Source: Amoebophrya sp. A120
Taxonomy: Eukaryota > Protista > Dinoflagellata
Length of the DNA: 64,000 nt
Direction of reading: 5' to 3'
Assembly (NCBI GenBank): GCA_905178155.1
Contig: CAJINV010000003.1
Span: 9,679,979-9,743,978 of the forward strand
In this document: positions 11,760-24,845 of the stretch, one piece after another
How positions within the stretch are numbered: position 1 is the stretch's first letter
Layout: the number at the start of each line of letters is the position of its first letter
Made by a program: the position numbers and the translations under genes
The notes under the pieces: generated by a model
The model's database searches: none
Told to the model about the DNA's origin: nothing
What the model saw: only the letters and a program-made list of their open reading frames with translations

Positions 11760-12369
11760 TTATACCGTGCGAATAATTTTCGTAGCAGCCTTGGCCGCCT
11801 CTGGTGGCCCTTCCTCATCGGGTCGCTTCACTTGTTTTTTCGCCTTCCCGCTCTTGCCCGTGTCTTGCGTTTCTTTCTGTGATGTTATTAAAATCAGAAA
11901 GTCAGCAAAGCAGAGTGAGAAAGTACACGACAAAAATGTCAGCGAGTCGCGCTCTACCTGGCGAGACAGGTTACACACATGCCGCTGCTTATTTGGCACT
12001 AAGGGTGGCGCATGCTCTCGCCTTGTTTGCCGCTATCGCCAGAGAATCACAAATAAGAGCCAACTCGACGCGCCTCTTATGTTTGTACGTTCGCGGGCTC
12101 GCGGAACTTATACAGACGCGCGCATGGAAAATCAAGTAAAAGAGTACCAGCTGAAGGCCAAGGATGATATTTTGGGCCTCAATCTGTTCCCTTTTTCCGA
12201 GCTCGGCGTCCACGGATTTTTGAAGTGTAACGATCTTAGCTTTTAGCTGTGATATTTCGTCGTACTGATGCTGGCCGGAAGATTGCTGGGCGGCCAGCTT
12301 ATCTTGCAGCTCCGCAAGCTCCCGCTTCAGAGCTTCGTTTTGCTCCTCGACCGGAGCCATATTCGCCAT
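11760..12369 (-). CDS. Small spliced coiled-coil protein of unknown function
   Basis: ATG at 12369 just after a CAG acceptor. Heptad-rich NEALKRELAELQDKLAAQ...EISQLKAKIVTLQKSVDAE, a GTACTC donor after LGLQL, and a probable last exon ..KGKAKKQVKRPDEEG-like ending at 11760. Confidence 0.55.
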
Positions 12370-14601
12370 CTTTGGAAACCTGCACTGTATTGATTCGCTG
12401 AGAGTGCGTGGTCTCACTCAGAAAAAAAACGAGCCAAGTGCACGGCCGATATCTTTTCTCCGGGCGTGCGACGAAGAAATCTAGCGCGAGCTTTCGCACT
12501 CCTACTCGTTGCTGGTTCACCTGCATAGGTTCAGGGTTTCGGGCCTGAGAGGTGGCGGGGCCGACACGGTATTCCCCCACTTTTTACCGCGAAAGCGAAG
12601 CGACTGCACTGGTGATTCCAGCGAGGGGTGCGCGAGGAGATGTGCCAGTGCCAAGCCTCTCATGGCGGCGCGAGGCCAAGCAGTGAGGCAGTATACTAAA
12701 CCGACAATGGGGGCCCCAGCCTGCCCTGTCTGACTCGCCCGCCAAGGCCTATAAACGCGCGCCCCTGCGCTTGTCGCAGCGCGCGCAGACCCGGTCGTGG
12801 CCGCGCGCGCTTGCACTGCGCCCGTCTGCCCGGGGCCGGCAAACCTGACCTTGTGGGGGCGCGGCGGCTTCTTCTAAGACCCCTCCGCCAGGGCTCTAGC
12901 AAAGGTAGTCGGGCCGGCCGGGCGGCCCGCGAGCGGCCGCAACCCTGGCGGCCGCGCCCCCGCCCGCCGCGCGCTACCGGGCCCGGGCGGCCCGCGGCCG
13001 CTTCATCCTAGTACGGACGGGCAGGCCTTTGCGGACTTGCCAGGCGCGTGCAAGCCCGCGGGGGACCTGCCACACAGCAAAGGCCGCCGGCGTAACTATC
13101 TGGACACGCCACGCTCGGCGGAGGGGCCGCCCGTGCCCCGCGCGGAGGCAGCCTAAGGCGCGAAGGCTGCCAAACATCCCGGGTTCCCGCTCGCGGGCGG
13201 CCGGCGCTTCCGCTCCAGTAGTCGGGCCGCCCCCGTTCCGGCCATCCCCCCTTCGCCCTACGCGGCGCGGCTCCGCGCGCTTCGCGACAACAGCTTCAAG
13301 CATCGCCTCTATCCTTGCGTGACCAAACTGTCGGGCTTGGCAACCACCACTAAGGCAGCGGGGCGGCCGCTACAATGCCACGCGCGCCATTGAGGTGGTA
13401 CTAGCGGCATTGTCTCATCGGGCTTGCGTCATCAGCGCTCTCCCTGTCCCTATACCTTCGCTGGCCCCAAAAATTAGCGCTCGTGCTTACAAAGAAATCA
13501 CCGGCTCCCGCTGATAGAGCCACTGCAGCGCCGCCCCTCCTTCGTGCCCCGACGTCGTCGCTCAAAGCTCATCACACATGAGTTCTCAGCCGAGAGATCA
13601 AGCGGGTACGTCTCACTATGGGCGCCTTGAGGAAATGGTCCCGCGCAGAGACCTCCAAGAAGATAGCCGCGCCGGCGCTTCGGAGCACTTTTGCTAACCT
13701 TGGCGAAAGCCAACTAAGCGCGCTGGGTGTAGTTACGCGACGGCACATGATTGATGCGGGCGCCGATATGCGCATCAGGCTAGCCGTACATCAACGGTGC
13801 GTCGATGTTAACCCTCAGCGTCCGGAAAGACCCGTCCACTCGTGCCGGCAGTTCCCACGCAGCGCAAAATAAAAGAACGAAGCCGAAATCCTCAACACTC
13901 CAATTCTCTATCTACTCTTTAGCATCGCTCAGTGAAGTTCGGCGGCAAAATCAGATTGCAGCCGTGGGTTGGTTGCGCAATGCTTTCCTCTCTCTCCTCC
14001 TTTGTGTTACATGCGCTGCTAGTAGTTCAAACAAGTAAAAGTGCTGGAGAACGAACACTTGCAGCAAAAAGCAGTAATGTGCTTGATCACCAAGCAGATA
14101 AAGGCTTTCTTCGATGCTTTTCTCTCCTGCTCTTCAAAGCGGGTTCACATATCATAACGAGAAATAAATACGAAGGTCACATCAGCTGGCCAGAAAGTTA
14201 GACTGGTTGCAGCCCTAAATGGCCATAGGAAAGTACACCACTAAACGCACTGACACATCGTCTTTAACCTGACTCGTTCTGGTGCATTGCGACCGGCTAA
14301 AACGACTGACTTCAGCGACTTCATCATCTCAATAGATCCTTCCTCCAGCCACCGGCAGAGAGCAGCTAGCAGTCGAAGCACACGTACTCCAGTCGTCCAA
14401 CATAGCGGCGCGCCGCATCACGTTACGAGACAAGTAAAAGCATATGCATGGATTCAGAGTCTGGTGGACGCCTCCGCCTCCCGTAAGGCAATCTCTCGGT
14501 CGTGATCGGTTAACAATTACAATCCGTGACAAGCGTACAAGTTATGCTTCAACCGGTCATTCCGAAACTTTTTCATTTAGAAAAAGTTCAGGCTCGAACC
14601 T

Positions 14602-16129
14602 TTAGGAACGCCCAATCGAGTAGACGTAGATGTGTCCGTCCGTTGAACCGGCGAAAAGCGTGTTACCGTCGGCGGACCACTGCAAGGACACACACCACGG
14701 GATGCCGGACTTCGGAATAGTCTTGGTTGTCAGCTCGTCCAAGATCAGTTTGTTCTCCAAGTCCCAGATTTTGATACTCGTGTCTGTGGCAGCGCACAGC
14801 CAGTAGTTTTTCGGCGAGAAGCACATGGCATTGATAGTGGAATTGGCGTCCAGGGAGTAGAGATGTTTGCCGTCATTGACGTCCCACAGCATCGCAGTTC
14901 CATCTTTCCCACCGGAACCGCAGAGAGAACCATCCGGAGAGATAGTGATGGTGTACAAGACGCCTGATTGCAGATGATCATTATATTCGGGAGTCAAGAA
15001 GTTATGCAGGATCATGTTCATCTTCATACTTGAAGAGCACGCTTTCTACATGTTCCGACCGACTGAGTTACGGCAACACGTGAAGGCGAAAGCAAAGTGT
15101 TATTATTTAGAAAGGATTGCGAGCACGATGCAGAACGCATCATCTTGTCGGCCCACTGCCACTGAGAAGTGGCGAGACTCAAACGCTACTTCTTAATGTG
15201 GAATAGCCAGGAAGTCGTCGCGCATGTTACTCTTTGTACGTGCCATGCCTCACAACGGCATGCGAGGGCCCACAGTTCCCCAAGCTCGAGCTGCGCACGA
15301 TTTTGACAACAGGCCTATCTTGAAAAATGATACAACGCGATGAGAAATGTTTGTTATCAACATTTAACAGTCAATATCTGAGTTGTACCTGTGTGTCCCG
15401 CCAAGTTGGTCTTCAGCTTGCAGTTGTTCAGATTCCAAACCTTGATCAACTTGTCCCATCCGCATGACACGATCAGCGGATTCTTCGCGGAGGGAGAAAA
15501 GCGCACACAGGAAACCCAATCGGTGTGATTCTCTTCCGTGATTGTGTACTTGCACTCAGCGAGTGTGTTCCACAACTTGATGGTTTTATCACGCGACCCG
15601 GACACGATCTGGCGGTTATCCGCTGAGAATGCCACGGAGTTGACGTCCTTCGTGTGCCCACGAAATTTGCGGACGGACTGACCGGTGTTCAAGTCCCACA
15701 AGCGCATCGTGCTGTCCATAGAACCCGTCAGCGCAAACTGACCATCGGAACTGATCACGGTATCGCACACCGCTTGGTTGTGTCCATGCAGGCAGCGACG
15801 AGCATAACCTTACAATTTCAAATTGGAAAACGACTTGGAATTACTAGACACTTTTTCACACAGTTGTTCGATGGCATAATCTACTCAATATACGATCACA
15901 ATCAAGCCTAACCGCGGAATAGAATAAAGAATATGCGAAAAGAAGAACTCCGAAAATAACGTAGGTTTGTACCGGGGGAGGAGGCATCATTCGGAGTCAA
16001 TTCCCACACAACAGCGGTCTTGTCACGAGAACCGGACACAACCAAGTTCGACTGCTCGTAGGTGGTCGCGATAGAGGTGACCCATCCAGCGTGCCCCTGG
16101 AGCGCTCCGCGATACGTGATTTCGGCCAT
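14602..16129 (-). CDS. RACK1: Receptor for activated C kinase 1 (WD40); exons 16129-15973, 15808-15389, 14963-14602
   Basis: Hallmark motifs [11 protein letters not shown], [41 protein letters not shown], SPDGSLCxSGGKDG and CxSLxWSADGxTLFAG. GT-AG introns at 15972-15809 and 15388-14964 restore the frame. Confidence 0.97.
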
Positions 16130-17510
16130 TTTGCGAATTTCGTTATAATATCTGCCCTTCTGTAAAGAGAAAGCAATGGACCCTGAAATGATTATATGAT
16201 CAAATTTCAGTAATGTTTGACGTCTGAACAACCAGGAGATTGATTTGAGGTAGCAATTGTGAGCATTTGCACGGATCAATGCGGCTTCGACTGCGTCAAC
16301 CTCGTCGCCGTTCGAGCAACAAATTTCCGTTTGCACCCAACTGATGGCAGATCCTCCCGCTTTCTTGTGAGGTAGCAAACTAGGATCACACGTTTTAATG
16401 ATCTCACGGCCATGCCGAGTGATTCTCAGAAGAATTCGTTCAGATCCAGAACTTCACAGCAGCATATTTCAAAGAGCCTCGGGCTCGAGTGATTGTGAGC
16501 AAAAATTCCAACATCGCCGACGATGATTTAAATCTGTTCGACTCCAAGTCTAAGCCATCATCGCAGAACGATCATCAATAACAAGCAGAACAGGTACATT
16601 TTCAAGAGGGCTCAAGTAATTTGTGGCTGTTCTTTCAGCTTTACATCCCTGTGACCGATGATAAGATCCAACACGAGCTTTTTTTTTCTTGCCATGTTGC
16701 TTTCGGATCCCCAACATGCTAAGACAACTCGTAGAAATTCTGATCCATGAAAAAAGACGTAGCATCTCTTGATCGTAGAGCTCGGTTCGATGATTCTCCA
16801 GGTTTCGTGACCAAAAAGTAGGTGGACAGAACGGAAACAAATCTCGCATCAAGTCTGCAGTACGACCTGGTGTATGTGCTCGACTGTCCACGATCGCTGG
16901 CTCTGCACACGCTGGTCTTTGGAGGGGAGTTCCAAATTGATTTTCACATGTAGCTAGCGGCTGTTCGGTTCCTCTTTCACCGACGTTTCTTTTCATAAAT
17001 GAAAACGCGTGTCTGCTCCTTGCGCGCTGCGCTAAGCCACTCTTCCGTGTCTGCGAAACGCTCTTGAGTGTCAAAGTCCGAAAAGCCTTCACTGCAGTGA
17101 TTTACGAGCCATGCTCACAGCCAACGCATTGACTTCTCCATGCTGAGTGGTTGATGGCGGTGGCGTCTTAGCACGTGACTACCAAGACGAACGCTTTTCT
17201 CCGCTTTCATCCCCGGGAACGTGACGGCCAGGCGCCGGCGCTCCGCTTGGTCGTCAGCGCCTGTCCGGAAAATCCGCGTCGCTCCAGGACAGCTCCGCGA
17301 GGAGTCGACGACTAAGCTCACTACTTTGCCCGTTCTTCGTCGCCCATGATTTGCTGGCGCAACGTTTCCAAGTTGTGCTTTGGCGGCCCTCTAGCGTGCG
17401 GCGGCGATAAGCTATCCCGACGGGCGAAGCGTTTGAGTACGTCATCCGTTGACTTCTGCGCACATTCGTCAACTACTACTACACAGCAGGCAGGGAGCCT
17501 GCGGGGCGCG

Positions 17511-20500
17511 TCAGGTTTCGTCGTTGCTGCCGTCGCCCCCATGGCGGAGCGCTTCGCTGTTACTCGTCTGTCGAGCGGGAGAGCTAGCCGCTCCCGGGAT
17601 CTCATTGCGCTGCTGCTCGTTGACAGTCCAAACGGGCCTGCTCCCGGGTCGTTCGTGGCCCTCCTCTTTGGTAGATAGTGGAGGAGAATGGGTCGCCGTA
17701 AGAGCGAGCTGAGGATCGCCCGTCACCGCAGCAGCTGATAGCGGAGATTTCTCGCCGCGGCCTGCAGCGCCGGCATTTTTCCGCCCTTCGTCTAATGACC
17801 CAAGGCGGGCGGGCTGCTCCCGCGACTGCTTCCCTGTCATGGAGCTGCTAGCACTTGCATCGCCGCCTCTGCCATGTCCTTGATCTTGGTCAGAGACCCC
17901 AAACGTGCTCGGTGTCGCCTGCAACGACAACGGGTCTCCGCGCCTGAGCCCCCCATCAAGCTGCCCGGAGCCCCTAGGCCCTCCTCCGTCTGCTTCCTGA
18001 TCTGTGTGGGAAGCTGCTTGCGCGATAAGCGCCGGCGCTCGGCGATGCGCCACAATTTTCCACAGCTGCAAGACATGCGGGCTTCCGCGAATGCCAAGGC
18101 CCAAAATAGTCGCATTAAACACAATTGCGTCACCCTCTTCAATGTCTGCGAGAGCGTCTTCAAGTTCGGGATTAAACAACAAAGTCATGGAATCCAGAAA
18201 AGAAAGCGCGGCGCAGTGCCCGCCGCTACTGCTGAAAAAACGCCTCGCGTCTGCATTTGTCTGTAAGCGCTGGAGCGCGAAGAGAAACAAAAAGAGCAGA
18301 GTAGCGCACTCACGTCATATCTGCCGGCCAGCCCTGCTGCTGGTGGGCGAAGAAGCAGAGAGGGAGGGAAAATATAACGCGCTCAACAATTAAATTCAAA
18401 AATTTTGCGCAGGGGGGTATCTTTCGTTGCTTTCTTTGCATTCTTTTCGAAGGCGAGGGCTTTCCAGGTCACCGGCCAACAGTGTGTCTCCAGGCCTTGT
18501 GGCCTTGCCGCGCGATCCGCGCAACCTTGTGACGCAGAGACACTGTTGGCCGCCTGAGTAGTGTTCGCCCTTCCTGGTTCTGTTATTTTGCGCGCAAATT
18601 TGACGACGCTCACTGCCTGTCGCCTTCATGCTGGCACGCGCGAGAGGGCTGGCGCCGTTAGCTGCTCATTCAGAGGGCCGGCCAGACTCTACCGTCATGG
18701 CCATCCCCTCGTGAAGGTGAGACTGCCTGAAAGCGAAAGCCCCCTTGATCCTCACACATGGAGCTCGCGGCCGAGCTGCCTCGGCTGCGGCAGCCAATCA
18801 CGCCAACAGTAGGGGATAGCAGGGGCGGCCAGCCGCGCCCTCCAATGTGCCAGGCAACCCTGGGAGCAGACGCAGCGCGCTTCTATTCGTGGAGAACACG
18901 CCCGGCAGCGCATGCGGCACGTGGGCGTGTCTATCGATGTAGAAACACGGCCCCAAAGAAATTCACTGCGCCGGCCATTCGCCGAAAATAACGCGCAGAC
19001 CTGGGGGCAACAATATTGGGTATGGGGCGAGTCTCTGCACGGGAAAAGGGCGTGATAGCCACGAAGGTGGACAAGCGCCGCGCCGGAGTGGGGTCTTGGC
19101 TGCTCCCCATCGCATGTCTCCTCTTGCCACCTGGGCAACGCGTGGTAGTGGAAATAGAAATCGGATGCCGTTCTGGCCAGATATTCCCCGCGGGCTTTTG
19201 GTGTTGCTAGGGGCGTGGGGCGGGGATGGCAGGGCTTTGGCAACAACGCCCGCGCCCAGACCCTTCGGCGCCTTGAAACGCCGCAACGCCCTTCATGCGA
19301 AGCTCGGCTTCGCCCAGTTTCCGCAGAAGAGTCTCCTTGACCGGCCAGCACTTATAGGGCCCGTGTAGCGCTGCGAAACTAGCGAAGGCAGCGACAATAC
19401 AAGGCGCCTACCCAGACGGCGGCTGGAGGGGCACTGGTGCGCTCAGCTTCACTGCAGTTTGGCCCCGGGCGAACCCCGGAGCAGGGCAGCTTCGCACGCG
19501 ACGGCGCCTACCAATAGCGCGCTTTGCGGAGCAAATACATGCTCGCCCTCGGAGGTGTTTTCTGTGAACCACCAACAGACTTCCCCACGAGAGCCTCGGA
19601 CCCTTATAGGAGACCCCTATAAAGGGGGGGTGTTAATAGTTGAGAATTAGTCCACCATACCATGGCGAACTAAGTTCGAGAACACACCACATGAGGCCTT
19701 ATAGCCGACCCCCCTTGGGCACCCCCTTAATAGTTGAGATTCTTGGGTGAGAACTGTCGAGAATCAGCTCAATTCCCATTCGGATTCTGGCCCCGTTAGG
19801 CGTAGGTCGTCTGCTGCTTTCTGCGCTTGGGGCGCATCGCTTTCGTGGAGTTGTGTGGCTGTGCGGCATCTGTTTAGGCGCGGCGCATCGAGCTTCGCTG
19901 TGTTGGCCAGCTTTACCCTGCTATAAACGGGGCCTACCAGAATTCTGCCTCAGCAGCCTCGCGCCTATGTTGCGCGCACTGCCCGATGACAGATGGCGCC
20001 GTGGGGCACGCCAGGCGAGGGGGCCAACCCGCGGCGGGTTTTCCATCGCCATTCGGCTCGGGGCCGTAGGCGCGGGCCCTCCAACAATGCAGGCCATAAC
20101 GCGTGGGCTGTGCGCGAATGAAGTTGGCGAAGTTGGAAAAAGGCCTGCGCCGCCCCGATTCTGCTTAGGGTTGCTGCCCATCAGGGCGCGCGATACACGG
20201 CAGCAGAGTGGGGCTCGTGCGAGCGCGGGCGGCGGTTGGATTATCAACACAGCCGCCCGTGACAGGAATGGGTGGGGGCAGCACGCTTCTGATCCAGCCC
20301 GCGTTCCGGCCGTTCTGAATATAGGGCCGAATAGCAGCGCAAGGGAGCTTTCCTACCGCGCCGCACACCGTCTTTCATGCCCCCGACCAATGGAGTGGGC
20401 TTCAGATCGCGCGCCCCCCCATCAAGATTCGGCAGCCCAGGGCGTGTGGGCTTCGTTGCCTGCGCCCGGTGGTTTGGGGTGCAAAAGTGATTTGGTGGTC

Positions 20501-23500
20501 TGTTCTATGGTATTTGGGCGCGCTTTTTTGCCGTCCTACTTGGGGTTGGCTCACGTGAGCAAGTTTGCCGGCGCGTCGGCTCCAAGCAATATGGGCGAAG
20601 CAGCCTAAAACCCAGAGGAGTGGCGATGGCGGAAGCGCTATGGCAATCTCATTGGCGCTCTTGCCGTCGCGCTCGGCAGCTTGTTCGCCTGGTGGCGCTG
20701 GCATGCCTCGCGGTGGTGGGGAGTTTGGTCACATGGGCGCCCACCCGGAAAAAAAGGGCTTCTTCGTTTAATCAAGAAGCAATGCGGCCGACAAGGAGAG
20801 GCGGGCGCCTCGGTACCCAACGTCCGGTGGGGATTGCGGTTCCTGCTTCAAGCTACTGAAAAAGTCGGGGTGTCGCGGTGACTTCTTCACAGAGAGAGTG
20901 CACACGAGTACAGGTCGCGCGATTTTTAAATTTAATTGTTGAGCCCGTCATAGAAAACAAAGCGCATATATAATATCCAGAAGAGCACCCTTCTCCTCTT
21001 CTTTTTTGACTACTTGATCACGAAAACGAAAACCGACTCCCTGCATATGATATGGGAAGGCTCGGCTGTAACATTCCAGACTTTGGCTCTGACGCGATAC
21101 CGATGGCCTACTTAATGACGCGAATAATTGCCATGCAGCTTCTACACCTACAATGTGCAGATGCGCCCGCTCTCTTTCCATAAACGCTTGCATCAAAAAG
21201 AAAGCAACACAATGTCACAACCCAGAACGATTTTCATGGTGCGCTCGCAATATCCGTAAGTGGTCAGATGCTTAGTCACGGCCACGCTTTACAGGGGGCG
21301 CGTATCAGGCTAGGACGCAACAAGCGTATCCCTTGAAAGCAAAAAGCAAAAACAAGTGGAGCAAGCTTCTTCGTAACTATTATTAGTAGCCGAGGCGACA
21401 TCAAAGTCAAACAAAAAGCGAAATCAAACAAAAACGAAAAGGAAAAAAGCGCAAAAGCAAAGAGCAAGAACGCAGGGAATGCAAGTGCAACGGCTACAGG
21501 GCAAGTGGGAAGATTGACACTGGCATATGACGACTAACGCAAAGCGCTGGGACTGCAAAAGCGAAAAACAAAGCAAGCGGAGCGCGCCCTTAGTACCAAG
21601 TAGTTGTCAACTGAATGAAAAGGCTGCGCAAGAAAGGCAATGAGCGCGATGCCGCCCCGGGTCGCAACGCACCCCAGCACCACAAGATAAGACAACACGA
21701 ACGAAGCGGAAAAGGCAAGGCCTTGCCTGCTAATGCCTATGCTGGCAAGCGCTTTGCTTAGCACGTCGCACTTTGTGCGTGTTCCAACTCCTCCGCGTTG
21801 TTCCTATCGATCTCGATCTCAAGCACAGCAACGACGACACGCTCCTGCCTAGCTTAGTCGCATCGTTGTGGTTCCGAAACAGAGCGAGTCAATCCATCTT
21901 GAAACACGACCTCAAAACGTCCTGAGTCAAACGATGCAAACTCGACCGCTCTTCGTATGCTTATCAATGTGCTCAGAATCCTAACAGCCTACCCAAAAGC
22001 TAAAAAGGAAGTAGACATGACGGGGAACGTGCGTGCCCGTGGCGCGCATGCTTCTCATCGCGGCGTGAAGATGTTTCGTGGCCACCGCGTACAGGCATCC
22101 GCGATTGCATTTTTCCAAAAGTGCCAAAGCCAAAAAAAACCTAGAGCCGAACAGCTACAAACAAGAAGAGCCAAGGGCCCCGACCTAAAGAGCCGCCCTC
22201 GCGCTCGGTGCTTGGCGCTGTTCGCCGCGCTGCCGTCGGTCTGCCCAAGCTGCGGAAGGCCGTACCCTGTCAGGCCTGCCGATGCAAGTAGTCGGCTGGT
22301 CGGGCGGGCCCCCGAGGAAACTATCAGGAAAGCACCGGCCCGGCCGGCTGGGAGCGATCTAGAAAAACGCAGTAGAGAAAGCAAGCGCAGAAGCAAGCGC
22401 AAAAAGAAAAGCCCCTGCTCGCCACTCTGCGCCGCGCCGTCTTACGCTCAGAGGATCTTGCCGGGCCTGACCCAGCTGAAGGGTCCGACGGGTCCTACCT
22501 ACTGTTTACGCCCGACCCGGGCGGGCCGGCCCAGAGGGGCGGACCCCGGCAGGCCTGCTGCGCACACGAGAAGCGCTCGCAGGCCTGCAAACCGCCTCCC
22601 TAGCCTCGGCATGGAGGGCCCGGCGAACACGCGCCGGCTTGCTGAGATAGTACGAAAGTTAGTACTGGCGAGCCCCGGCATTGCCAGGCCTGGCCGGCCG
22701 AGTCGAAGAAAGGGCCTCAAAAAGGGCCGGCGAATGTGGAAGCGGCCAAGCCCCGTCTGTTCCGACGGATTGGGGCGGGCCAGGTGAGAAGGCCGGACAG
22801 GCGGGCCCCGGTTTGCCCGGAGCACTTTGCTGGCGGGCGCGCGAAAATCGCGCCGGGTGGGAGATCTAGCCGCCCCAAGCGGGTATCAGAAATCGGGCCC
22901 GGCTTAGTCGGGTATTCCCGTCTTTCTTCTTTTGCCGAGCCCCATTGTCCTTCTGTTCTTTTTTTTCTTTTCGCCTGTCGCTCCATGTATCTAGCACCTA
23001 TGTAATTGCCCTCCTCTTTACACACTACAGGCAAAGCGTACGTTGCTAGTTATGCTTTGGTAACTAGCAAACGCAGTGATTACGTTATACTGCATATCCA
23101 ACCTGTTGAATCAATTTGTGGTACGGTCTGACCCATCAAAGGCGACTTCGACACTCTCTTAGAGGTGCTGCGACTTCGACACTTCACGCATAGCTGCTTG
23201 AAGCCACCAAAGCGCATCGAGTTTTCGCTAGTCCCGAAATCTGCACGAGACACCTCCAAAGAATTCGTCTGAGTTCTGGCATGGTATGCTTTTTCACATG
23301 ATATTCGGCGTTCCGAGAGTTTTCGGCCGGAATCATGTCCACTTTTATCATGCCGGGTGCGTCCCAAAAAAAGATATGAAACCCCTCCAGAATTTTGGAA
23401 ACGCGTCCCTCCCAGAGCACACGGTTCCCAGCATACATCTCGTCAAATTTCCGGCGCGCTCGTAGCGGGTTACCTAGAGACTTGCGGTAGCCGCAGAACT

Positions 23501-24032
23501 TCAGGTATCCCGGCCAGGTGCCTGTCTCGCCATCTAAATCCCGCCCGCCAGTTGGTGCATCGAGCAGGAGGTGACTCCCATGGTGATCACCGCGCCACAA
23601 AAAGATGAAAATCAACAGGAGGAGCACGCAAAAAAGAATGAGGTACTTTTTCGAAAGCACCACCGCACATCCGCTCATTTCCATGGTAAAAACCTCATTC
23701 TGAACACGCGGGCAGCGCACGCGATTTTTCTTGGCGAGAACGTTGCGGCAGTCAGGACACCGGTGGACAACGGTGCGCAGTACGGGCCAGACAAGGGGTA
23801 ATAAGCAGAGACTGAACCAACCACACGCACAGAGTATACAGAAGGAAAGGGCATAGGTCATGGCAGAAGCCTCGTGGTCGACGAAACTCACTCCGTTTTT
23901 CCGCCGGCAGTATGGGCACTCAACAAATTCCACCGGAAGCTCGCCAAACTCAATCGCATCGTTCGGGTCTTGCATACGTGCGCGCTCCATACGCGGAAAG
24001 TATCTCATCCACGCTGGGCGCACTGCGGACAT
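17511..24032 (-). CDS. LITAF-like zinc-ribbon membrane protein; exons ~24032-23305 and ~18192-17511 separated by a ~5.1-kb intron
   Basis: LITAF motif ECPYC...hydrophobic...HRCPDC plus a transmembrane segment. The second ORF (TLLF..GDAIVFNATILGLGIRGSPH..LW) resembles, from memory, the C-terminal half of the same alveolate domain. Both ORFs are in the same frame register. Confidence 0.7.
21330..21600. repeat. Low-complexity (AAAGC/AAAGCG)n tract
   Basis: A-rich degenerate repeats sharing a 16-mer with 30-170. Confidence 0.6.
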
Positions 24033-24760
24033 GGCTACTTAGTGGCAGCACGTGAATCTTTGCAACCTAAAAGGCAGCTGCCAGCATGAGAAAGCTTCCT
24101 CCTTGTCTTCCCCGGCTTCAATGACTCTTTACACTTAATCCGGACCGTTCGTCCGGCAGTGGGTTCGAATAAACAAAGGGGGCCGAGACGTGCAACGCAG
24201 TGAAGTTAAGGCGCTACGCGTCTGAGACTAGTACGTAAAAAGACCACTGCAGAGCAGACCAACTGACTCAGCGGATATACTTGTTTGATGGCATGGCGTC
24301 CCCCGACGGCAGGGTGGTGCACGACCTTGCAAAGGAATATCGCCAAGGAGGTGGCGTGACATAGAAATTGTGGAAGCACTGCAACGCCGTCAACGAAAAG
24401 AAACGGGACACGCGCTCTCTCAGTATGCCCTGCACATGAAAAAACTTCGCGAGCACTTGCTCCGTGTTCATGCTCCCGCGTGCTGTGTGAGCATTAGGAC
24501 ATGAAGAACATCGAATGCCCTGCACGCAAAAGCCACAAACCAATGGGCTAGTACAAGAGGCGCAGTTGTATACGAATGAATAGGAAGAATAGACCGTGGC
24601 GGCAGGAAGTGCAAAACGGAGCCCGACCAGGATCATTCAAAATCACGACGAAGGCGCACCGTTTTCATCTAATAGGGGCGCCATGATAAATTGGAGGCGC
24701 GACGGTGCGGGCGCTTCATTCGTTGGCCGGGCCGAGCGCGAGTGCTACGATGAGGAGCTG

Positions 24761-24845
24761 CAAGACGCGGCGCCTGCAGCTAAGAGCATGGAGGCGCAGT
24801 CCGCCTGCATCTAAGAGCAAGACGCGGCGCCTGCATCTCAGAGCA
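24761..24845. repeat. Three-unit tandem repeat of ~27-30 bp (CAAGACGCGGCGCCTGCA.CTAAGAG)
   Basis: Seen directly in the sequence. Confidence 0.8.

Noticed and set aside
12680-12720. AVY*TDNGG resembling an integrase core motif
   Set aside because: It is a single short motif next to a stop codon, with no other DDE, RT or gag motifs recognisable.
15120-15270. Possible intronic snoRNA in RACK1 intron 2 (hairpins at 15158-15173 and 15244-15262); RACK1 introns host snoRNAs in yeast and vertebrates
   Set aside because: No proper C/D boxes or convincing H/ACA layout, and the stems are only 6 bp. An Infernal search would be needed.
16150-17092. Possible additional minus-strand gene between RACK1 and the LITAF gene
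   Set aside because: Composition is coding-like, but no homology or consistent exon chain could be established.
20225-20255. GGGWIINTA resembling a short-chain dehydrogenase motif
   Set aside because: No accompanying TGxxxGIG or YxxxK motif was found; likely chance.
24155-24175. GGTTCGAAT T-loop-like motif (tRNA)
   Set aside because: No T-stem or cloverleaf can be formed around it.
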